From Dehalococcoidia bacterium (GTDB lineage Bacteria > Chloroflexota > Dehalococcoidia > Bin125): a stretch of 13,758 bases of DNA. The stretch covers positions 1-13,758 of the forward strand of contig CAXXNO010000010.1 in the NCBI GenBank assembly GCA_963663235.2, written 5' to 3'. The position numbers were made by a program, and so were the translations under genes. Of the stretch, positions 1 through 6,479 are shown one piece after another (within the stretch, counting starts at the first letter, position 1; every line of letters begins with the position of its first letter). The notes beneath the pieces were generated by a model. That model saw nothing but the letters and a program-made list of their open reading frames with translations, did no database searches and had not been told where the DNA came from.

Positions 1-31
1 ACATGAGGACGATCGCGCAGCGCGATTGCAT
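1..31 (-). CDS. Possible 5' end of a CDS running off the left edge (MQSRCAIVLM...)
   Basis: ATG at 31 on the minus strand lies just downstream of a candidate sigma70 promoter (42-71); only 10 codons are visible. Confidence 0.25.
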   Translation of the reverse strand, partial: MQSRCAIVLM

Positions 32-41
32 AACGCCCCCG

Positions 42-71
42 AGCGTGCCACGCAGCCGCCAGTCCTGTCAA
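42..71 (-). promoter_or_regulatory. Candidate sigma70-type promoter pointing off the left edge
   Basis: Minus strand reads TTGACA (71-66), 18-nt spacer ending TGG, then CACGCT (47-42): a perfect -35 with a weak TG-extended -10. Confidence 0.4.
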
Positions 72-118
72 TCTTCGAAAAGGGAGGCAGGGCAAGAGCG
101 GAGAGAGCGTGTGGAATC

Positions 119-415
119 CTAGATCGTAATGCGCTCCTGGGCCAGGCCGTCCATGGCGAGCACCGTGCCGACACCCATGCACTGGAGTCCGAACTCCAGG
201 GCGGCCTGGAGAAGGGGGTCCGGAATGGCGGACCGTGGATCCGCCGCCAGAGCGGACTGGAGGAACATCTGGCTGAGGAGCACCTCCCAGATCTCCGCCT
301 CCGTGGCGGCCTCTAGGCGCAGCTTCTCGATCTGCGTCGCATACTTATCCGCCAGCTCGTTGTGGCGATCCACTCGCTGCTGCACCGCGCGCAACGTGAT
401 CTCGCGCTCTTCCAC
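119..415 (-). CDS. Small hypothetical protein, 98 aa, helical/coiled-coil-like (MEEREITLRAVQQRVDRHNELADKYATQIEKLRLEAATEAEIWEVLLSQMFLQ...)
   Basis: This is the protein-like tail of track ORF 119..1039, whose upstream part is an off-frame shadow of the aldolase gene. GTG at 415 follows GGGGGTG (SD-like); TAG stop at 119-121. Confidence 0.6.
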   Translation of the reverse strand: MEEREITLRAVQQRVDRHNELADKYATQIEKLRLEAATEAEIWEVLLSQMFLQSALAADPRSAIPDPLLQAALEFGLQCMGVGTVLAMDGLAQERITI

Positions 416-493
416 TTTGGCACCCCCAGATCCGTGACGGCCCGCGCCCGGAGCACGATGGCGGGTCGCGTCTAATGAATCGACGCGAGGGCG

Positions 494-529
494 CGCCTTC
501 GCATGGGGGTTTCCCCGAGCGCGGAGGCG
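494..529 (-). terminator. Stem-loop downstream of the aldolase/SDR stop (possible terminator or mRNA-stability hairpin)
   Basis: Minus strand CGCCTCCGCG-CTC-GGG-GAAA-CCC-CCA-TGCGAAGGCG forms an interrupted stem with a GAAA tetraloop; there is no U-tract. Confidence 0.3.
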
Positions 530-555
530 GAACGCACGCCAAATTGGGCGGCATA

Positions 556-2604
556 TCAGCGCGGGAAGGCCGCGGGCACGCCGCCATCGACGGTCAGCGT
601 GCAGCCCGTGATCTTGGCGGCGGCATCCGAGATGAGAAAGGCGACCGCGTCCGCCACATCCTCCGGGCTGATGGGCAGGCCCAGCAGGTTGCGCTTGGCA
701 TAGAACGCCTCGAGCGCATCTTCCGAGACGCCGTGGGCTTGCGCGCGACCCCGACGCACCTCCGGCGACCACAGGCGTGAGCCGCCGAAGACGGCGTCCG
801 GGTTGACCATGTTCACGCGGATGCCGGCATCGCCGCTTTCGAGGGCGAGCACCTTGGCGAGTTGCGTCTCGGCCGCCTTGGCGGCGCTGTAGGCGCCGAA
901 GTCGCCGCCGGGGGCGAAGGCGTTCTTGGAGGAGATGAAGACGACGCTCCCACCACGTCCCTGCCGGCGGAGGAGGCGCGCGGCGGCGCGCGCCGCGAGG
1001 AAGTGGCCTCTGGCGTTCACGGCGAAGCTGCGCTCCCAATCGGCCAGCGAGAGCGCGTCGATGCGAGAGACCACCGCGACCCCGGCGTTGGAGACGAGGA
1101 TATCCAGGCCGCCGTACTCCACCGCGAGAGCGGTCAGGCCTTCCTGGACCGAGCCCTCCTCGGTGACGTCCATAGCGATGGCCATGGCGGCGCGGGGGTG
1201 GGGCGCGCGATCCGAGATGGCGGCCGCGACCGCCTGCGCGCCCTCGGCATCGACATCGGCCACACCGACAACGGCACCGTCGCCGGCGAGCCGCTCCGCG
1301 ATGGCGCGGCCGATGCCGCCGGCCGCGCCGGTGACGAGCGCGATCTTGCCCTGGAGCGGCCGCGGCGGGGGCGCAAGCGTCAGCTTGTAGAGTTCCAGCG
1401 GCCAGTACTCGACGTCGAACAGGTCCGGCTCGGCGACGGGACGGTAATCGCCGACGGCGGTGGCATTGGCTTGCACCACGATGGTCCGGCGATAGACGTC
1501 TTGGGCGATGCGAGCGTCCTTCGTGCCGCGCGCGGCGGAGAACGCGCCCAGTCCGGGTACCAGGATGACGCGCGGATATGGATCCAGGCGGGGCGTGTCG
1601 GGAGCCGCGTAGCGGTCCACGTACTCCTCATAGCGCTGCGCGTAGAGGGCGACGGCATCGCGCACGTGTTGGTCAAGGGCGTCGGCGTCGGCGTCGGCGT
1701 GCGGGGGAAGGTCCACGAAGGCGGGCCAGCCCTTGGTGCGCAAGGCGTGATCGGGCGTCGCGGGGCCGCGCTGGGTCACCGTCGCCGCGAGCGGATCGGC
1801 GAGGAAGGCGAGCATCTCAGGCGAGCCGTCGTGGTCGATCACGACAGGGAAAGGGATGGCGCCGCGAATGGCGACGGCCGCGCGGGCGACGCGCTCGGGG
1901 TCGGGGGATGGTGGGGCCACCGCGGCGAAGTGTCGCGCGTCGGCGCGCGCCTCGGCGATGAACTGCTCCGCCTCCGTCACGAGGGCGATAGTGCGCTCGT
2001 AGGACGCGCGGGCGTCGTCGTCGAAGGTGAGGAGGCCGTGGTTGACGAAGGCCACGCCCTGGGCGGAGGGGTCCGCCTCCCAGGCCTGCGCCACCGCGCG
2101 CGAGAGGGCGAAGCCGGGCCGGACCCAAAGAACCACCGCCAAACGATTGCCGAACAGGCGCCGAAGCGTGGCGGGTCCGTCGGGCTGATTGGTGAGGGCC
2201 ACGATGGCATCGGCGTGGGTGTGATCGACAAAGCGGTGGGGTAGGAAGCCGTGCAGCAGCGTCTCGATGGAGGGGCGGGGGTCATCGGGATCGAAGAGGG
2301 CATGAGCGAGGTAGGCGACCATCTCGTCGTCGGACATCGAGGGCACATCGCGGAGGCGGCGGACATCGGCGAGGCGGACGCCGGCGAAGTGGCGGCGCTC
2401 GATGGTCTTGAGGTCGGAGCCGCTGCCTTTGACGCGGAGGACATCCACCCGATCGCCGCGGTAGTCGGTCTGGGTGAGTTTGACGGAGGTATTGCCGCCG
2501 CCCCAGAGAACGAGCGATTCCTCAGCGCCGATGAGACGGGAGGTGTAGACGCGGAGATCGAGGAGGTCGGTGGGGGCGTCGGCGTGGGACCAGCGGGAGC
2601 GCAT
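556..2604 (-). CDS. rhaD: Bifunctional rhamnulose-1-phosphate aldolase / short-chain dehydrogenase (RhaD/RhaEW-type), 682 aa
   Basis: Class II aldolase motifs GGGNTSVK, VKGSG, PSIETLLH, HTHAD, NHG; family linker EYWPLELYKL; SDR motifs TGAAGGIG, NAG, YSAAK, TVDGG. True start is ATG 2604 (MRSRWS); the track extension to 3279 is not protein-like. Confidence 0.93.
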   Translation of the reverse strand: MRSRWSHADAPTDLLDLRVYTSRLIGAEESLVLWGGGNTSVKLTQTDYRGDRVDVLRVKGSGSDLKTIERRHFAGVRLADVRRLRDVPSMSDDEMVAYLAHALFDPDDPRPSIETLLHGFLPHRFVDHTHADAIVALTNQPDGPATLRRLFGNRLAVVLWVRPGFALSRAVAQAWEADPSAQGVAFVNHGLLTFDDDARASYERTIALVTEAEQFIAEARADARHFAAVAPPSPDPERVARAAVAIRGAIPFPVVIDHDGSPEMLAFLADPLAATVTQRGPATPDHALRTKGWPAFVDLPPHADADADALDQHVRDAVALYAQRYEEYVDRYAAPDTPRLDPYPRVILVPGLGAFSAARGTKDARIAQDVYRRTIVVQANATAVGDYRPVAEPDLFDVEYWPLELYKLTLAPPPRPLQGKIALVTGAAGGIGRAIAERLAGDGAVVGVADVDAEGAQAVAAAISDRAPHPRAAMAIAMDVTEEGSVQEGLTALAVEYGGLDILVSNAGVAVVSRIDALSLADWERSFAVNARGHFLAARAAARLLRRQGRGGSVVFISSKNAFAPGGDFGAYSAAKAAETQLAKVLALESGDAGIRVNMVNPDAVFGGSRLWSPEVRRGRAQAHGVSEDALEAFYAKRNLLGLPISPEDVADAVAFLISDAAAKITGCTLTVDGGVPAAFPR

Positions 2605-2610
2605 GGGCGC

Positions 2611-2616
2611 ATGGTA
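2611..2616 (-). promoter_or_regulatory. -10 box for a leaderless aldolase/SDR transcript
   Basis: Minus strand TACCAT-gcgccc-ATG: a TAnnnT hexamer 6 nt before the start codon, with no SD sequence. Confidence 0.55.
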
Positions 2617-2732
2617 GCGAGCGCGCCGCGGCGCGGCGCACGGCGGCATCGAGCGGTGGCGCCTGCTGATCGTTGACGATGCCTTCGAGTTGCTGGGCCT
2701 GCCGCTCGCCGACGGGTGAGTTGCGGGGCACT

Positions 2733-2813
2733 TTTCTGTCACCCCCTTCGCGCCGCTCACCAGATGGGAAGGCGGCCAGCCGTGCGCCGCCAGCGGCCAG
2801 GGGGCGACAGAAA
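2733..2813. repeat. Imperfect inverted repeat resembling IS termini (MITE-like or two abutting IS ends)
   Basis: The reverse complement of 2733-2747 (AGGGGGTGACAGAAA) matches 2799-2813 (AGGGGGCGACAGAAA) at 14/15, with a 51-nt spacer. Confidence 0.6.
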
Positions 2814-3021
2814 GGGACGCCGGTCGAGCGGGCCTGGACAGGCCTCGGTCAGGCCGGCGGCAGGCGGCGGCCAGGGGTCGGACAGGCGGGGTGGCGGCGC
2901 GGGGGCAGTGGGGGCCGATGGTTGCTGGGATGGGGGAAGCAGACGGCGGCGCACGCATCCACAGGGAAGTGCGAAACGCCGCATCCCCCGCATCTCGCCG
3001 CGGCGGCCGCCACCGCACGGC

Positions 3022-3231
3022 TACACCGAGAGCCTCTACGCGACCCGCCAGTCGATTGAGCGGTGCTTCTCTCGGTTGAAGGGCCATCGGACGCTCGATA
3101 CCCATTGTCGGCGCGGGCTGCGGAGAGTGCGGCTGCATGTGCTGATGTCGGTGCTGGCCCTGCAAGCGGGGACGGTGGTGGCCCTCGACCGGGGTGAGAA
3201 CGTGCGTGCCTGCACCCGCAAGGTGGCCTGA
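3022..3231 (+). pseudogene. C-terminal fragment of an IS1182/IS5-like DDE transposase
   Basis: LYATRQSIERCFSRLKGHRTLDTHCRRGLRRVRLHVLMSVLALQA has the Y-x2-R-x3-E-x6-K (YREK) signature and the RGL..V..H tail. The upstream part of track ORF 2716..3231 is not transposase-like, so the 5' boundary is approximate. Confidence 0.75.
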
Positions 3232-3237
3232 CTCATT

Positions 3238-3260
3238 CCCGCTCCAGATGACTGAGCGGG
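3238..3260. terminator. Hairpin between two convergent ORF ends
   Basis: CCCGCTC (3238-3244) pairs with GAGCGGG (3254-3260); it lies between the stops at 3231 (+) and 3276 (-). Confidence 0.35.
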
Positions 3261-3275
3261 CGTAGGAGGAGCTCA

Positions 3276-3696
3276 TCACGAACGAGGCTCCCCTTCATCC
3301 TCCGTCGCAGGGTCAGCCTCAAACGCAACCTCGCGCGCTCCCCCCGAAGGAACCTGCACGGGATTGACTCCGATGCGGATCAGGCCGCTCCACGCCTTGC
3401 AGCACCGCAATTTGACAGTGAGAGGGATTCGGTCGCCTTTCTTCTTTCGCACGTCAGGGAACCGCAACCCGGTAGTCCGTTGGGGGGTATATGAAGAGCC
3501 TCCATCGGCCTTCAGGTCAGTAATCTGAATGATGCTGCTGTCGGGCGTTCCGATCCCGTCACTCTCAACAAGGGAAACGATAATCAGATGGAGCGCGATG
3601 GTGCGGGTGAATTGCACCGTAAGCGATGCCTCACTACCCGTGACTGAAACTGGACCGACGAGCTTGAATGCGATTCGAGCAGCGCGCCATCGGAGG
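3276..3696 (-). pseudogene. 3' portion (~139 codons) of a hypothetical beta-rich protein gene with its 5' end lost at the IS3 boundary
   Basis: Open frame LRWRAARIAFKLVGPVSV...EGEPRS runs up to the IS end; the track start at 3770 lies inside the IS. GC is about 57% over 3361-3660 by hand count. Confidence 0.5.
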
Positions 3697-3763
3697 TGAC
3701 CTGCCCCCCCAGAACCGGTCCAGATCCTGTGCGAGGATTCGGGCCGGTGCGAAGGGAGTCGGC

Positions 3764-4042
3764 ATGGCACGCAAGCGGTACGCGGCCGAGGAGATCATCG
3801 GCCACCTGCGGGAGGCGGAGGTGGTGCTCGCGCAGGGGGAATCGGTCGCGCCGGTCGCGCGCCGCCTCGGCGTGGCCGAGCCAATGTATTACCGCTGGCG
3901 GCGGGAGGACGGGGGGCTGCGGGTCGACCAGGCCAAGCGGCTGAAAGAACGGGAGCGCGAGAACAGTCGGCTGAAGCGGGTGGTGGCCGATCAGGCGCTG
4001 GCCAACGCGATGGTGCGGGACGGCGCAGCGGGAAACTTCTGC
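3764..4042 (+). pseudogene. IS3 transposase OrfA (HTH), degenerate; ancestral stop codon apparently lost
   Basis: MARKRY..EEII..LREAEV.LAQG...YYRWRRE.GGLRVDQAKRLKE.ERENSRLKRVVADQAL...GNF with SD AAGGGAG upstream. The usual GNF-stop reads TGC at 4040-4042, so the frame runs on to 4183. Confidence 0.88.
4030..4036 (+). other. Programmed -1 ribosomal frameshift site G_GGA_AAC
   Basis: X XXY YYZ heptamer at the OrfA/OrfB overlap; the -1 frame continues KLLRPAKRRRA...VSERRAC, typical of IS3 OrfB. Confidence 0.8.
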
Positions 4043-4908
4043 GCCCGGCCAAGCGGCGCCGGGCGACATCCTACCGCACGGACCCGTACGCGGTGTCGGA
4101 GCGGCGGGCCTGCCCGGTCACCGGCCAGGCGCGGGCGACCCAGCGCGACGTGCCCCGGCCGTCCCCGGATGAGCCGGCGCTGATCGCGCGCAGCGTCGCG
4201 CTGGCCACCCGCTTCGGCCACTACGGCTCCCGTCGCATCACGGCCCGGCTGCGCCAGGCGGGCTGGCGGGTGAACCCCAAGCGGGTCGAGCGGCTCTGGC
4301 GTCAGGAAGGCTGGCGGGTCCCCGGGAAGCACCCCCAACGGGGCCGCCGCTGGCTCGCGGCCGGCTCGCTGGTGCGGCGGCGGGCCGAGCGGCCGGCCCA
4401 CGTCTGGTCCGACGCCTTCGTCTTCGACCGCACCGCCGAGGGGCGCCCGGTGCGGATCCTCGCCATCGTGGATGCGTACACCCGCGAGGGCCTGCGTCTC
4501 GACGTCGCCCGCCGACGGCGCCGCGACGACGGCCTGGCGCGGTTGGCCCAGCTGTTCGTCGAGCGCGGGCCGCCGACGTTTCTGCGGTCCGCCAACGGCC
4601 CGGCGTGCACCGCCACCGCGGTGCGGGACTGGCTGCACCGGGTCGGGGGCACGCCCCTCTTCATCGAACCGGGCAGGCCTTGGGAGAACGGCTCTGGGGA
4701 ATCGTTCAACGGCAAGCTGCGCGACGCGTGCCTCAATCGCGAGCGCTTCGACACCCTGCTGGAAGCCCAGATCCTCATCGAGGGCTGGCGGCGGGAGGAC
4801 AACCCGATCCGCCCCCACCGTGCCCTCGGCTACCGCCCCCCCGCCCCGGAAACGCAGCAACCCCGGGAACGTCCCATGACGCGCGTCCCGGCGATCGGAC
4901 TAACTTAA
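4030..4908 (+). pseudogene. IS3 transposase OrfB (rve/DDE integrase core), catalytically dead
   Basis: Recognisable VSERRAC, KRVERLWRQEG, PWENG.GESFNGKLRD and RPH.ALGYRPP. The first two catalytic Asp are Ala (WSDAF, GCC 4414; RSANG, GCC 4591); the Glu at 4699 is kept. Confidence 0.9.
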
Positions 4909-4937
4909 CGACTGGTACAACGATCGGGGGCAGGTCA

Positions 4938-5860
4938 CTGCCCCATGCGTCGCGGTCGTAGTCGTCGCCCGTGCAAGGGGCGGCGGTGAGCACGGAATCC
5001 GGCGCAGGCTCCAGCGGGATCGTCTGCGCGCGCGGGGAGACGACCCAGAGGAAGTCGTCCGCTTCCAGATCGAAGGATGGACTGATTCCCGGGATGTAGG
5101 AGTGCGACCAAGCGCGGCCATCCCAGCGCCAGACGATCGTCACGTCGTGGAAGACCGTCGCCACAGGCGTCGCTGGACTGTGCCAGTGAAGGAACTGGCC
5201 GCCCTCCTTGAGCTGGATGGTCTGTGGGGCAGGGGGATCGTGGGCGGTTGCGGGGAGGAACTCGATGGTGGCGACGCCGTCGTTGGTGGTGAGTAGGAAT
5301 TCGCGCCCCACCAGATTCACCGCATCGAGGGCGTCGTTCACGCCATCGGCGACGGCATCCTCCATCGCGCTGGTGAGAAAGCCGGGGAGGCTGCCGGCAT
5401 CGACGTCGGTGATGGTGACGACGGGATGTTCGCCGCTGAAGTCGATGGCGCCGGTGAGGCGGACGTTGATGTCGGGGAGGATCGCGATCGCCAGTTTCCC
5501 CGTGGCCTCGATCTCATCGCCGGAGAGGCAGATGGTCACGTCGCGAATCTCCTGGACGTCTTCGGCGCGCAGGAAGTCCCGCGCGCGAGCGGTTAGGTCA
5601 CTTTCGTCGAACGAAACCGAGGTGGAGCGCCCACGAGCGTCGATGCGGACGTTGAAGTTCTCCCAGCGATCGTCGAAGTGAACCAGCGTAGCCGGGTCGC
5701 GGTCGATCGGCCGGTCGTCGCAGGCATCGGCGAGGCCGGGGCCGCCGATGAAGAGGAGGGCCAGCATCACGACGATGAAGATCGCGATGGCGGCGAGCAC
5801 GGCACCGATCAGCGCCACCAGCGTGACGACGCTGTAGAGGACTTCCCAACGAACGTCCAT
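4938..5860 (-). pseudogene. Membrane-anchored extracellular protein, 3'-truncated by IS3 (about 307 native codons)
   Basis: N-terminal hydrophobic helix (VVTLVALIGAVLAAIAIFIVVMLALLFIGG), acidic alpha/beta domain, Trp-rich small domain. Native sequence ends at YDRDAWGS and reads into the IS to a stop at 4775. ATG 5860 is preferred over GTG 5890. Confidence 0.75.
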
Positions 5861-6008
5861 CTGCGGCCGTTCCCCGCCGGACGCCGCCACACGCCGCGGA
5901 GCGGCCTCGTCGCGGTCTCAGCGTTCATCCAGCGCTTTGCCGTACGATACGGGGGAAGTCGCCGACGGGCTAGGCGGGCGCGATCGACCGTGGCGAGGGC
6001 GCGCAGAC

Positions 6009-6026
6009 GGCCCCCAGTCCGGGGCC
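6009..6026 (-). terminator. GC hairpin downstream of the zinc-finger ORF
   Basis: GGCCCC (6009-6014) pairs with GGGGCC (6021-6026), 25 nt past the stop at 6052; no U-tract. Confidence 0.25.
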
Positions 6027-6051
6027 TCGCCCCCCCGCTACGGGTCGCGGG

Positions 6052-6261
6052 TCAGAAGTAGGGGCGGTAGAGATACTCGCGAATCTCTGCGCCGCATTTC
6101 CTGCAGATCCGAACGACGGCAGGCTCCGAGATCTCCGCTCCTTCGAGCGCCAGAAAGCAGTTGCCGCAGTAGTGCGCGCTGCATCGCGGGCATGTCCGCC
6201 AGCCAGCGAACAGCCGGACGAACCACCCACGCTCGGTTCCGCACCCACCGCATGTCGCCAT
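6052..6261 (-). CDS. Small 8-Cys double zinc-finger protein with FYVE-like spacing, 69 aa (81 aa if the start is 6297)
   Basis: MAT-CGGC-x16-CPRC-x4-CGNC-x17-CRKC-GAEIREYLYRPYF; four CxxC pairs in an otherwise free intergenic slot. Confidence 0.75.
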   Translation of the reverse strand: MATCGGCGTERGWFVRLFAGWRTCPRCSAHYCGNCFLALEGAEISEPAVVRICRKCGAEIREYLYRPYF

Positions 6262-6464
6262 GGTGGCCTGCACAACTGGGAGAGCAGAGAGCCACATTCT
6301 CCCGCCCCGGATGTCGCACAGAGTAGCCGAATTCTTGCCCGAAATGGCCCGCCGGTGGCGCGTGGCGGGGCCAGACCGGACTTCGGGCGGCGGCTGAAAT
6401 CCAGAGGCGGCGACGACGATGGCTCACCACCGACGCGGTAAGCGCTGCGGCGCCGGCACAGCCG

Positions 6465-6470
6465 TATGAT
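6465..6470 (+). promoter_or_regulatory. -10 box for a leaderless or very short-leader addB-addA transcript
   Basis: TATGAT lies 9 nt upstream of ATG 6480, with no SD sequence. Confidence 0.5.
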
Positions 6471-6479
6471 GCCGATACG

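Larger units (their letters stand above)
3697..4937 (+). mobile_element. IS3-family insertion sequence (IS407-like), 1241 bp, full length but inactivated
   Basis: TG...CA ends with terminal inverted repeats TGACCTGCCCCC (3697-3708) and GGGGGCAGGTCA (4926-4937), plus inner CCAG/CTGG; orfA/orfB with -1 slippery site; no target-site duplication. Confidence 0.95.

Noticed and set aside
494-529. GAAA-tetraloop hairpin as a riboswitch or SRP RNA
   Set aside because: A single short stem without the conserved motifs of any RNA family I recognise; kept only as a weak terminator call.
1678-1699. Short GGCGTC hexamer repeat inside rhaD
   Set aside because: Encodes a low-complexity ADADADA loop; too short to imply a separate element.
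862-2244. 460-aa plus-strand ORF
   Set aside because: Antisense shadow of rhaD.
2605-3279. 225-aa N-terminal extension of the aldolase/SDR in the 907-aa track ORF
   Set aside because: Low-complexity P/R/A sequence antisense to the transposase fragment; family similarity starts at MRSRWS, which has its own -10 box.
4043-4183. Extended OrfA C-terminus as a functional domain
   Set aside because: Read-through caused by the inferred TGA>TGC change; it is an off-frame translation of OrfB.
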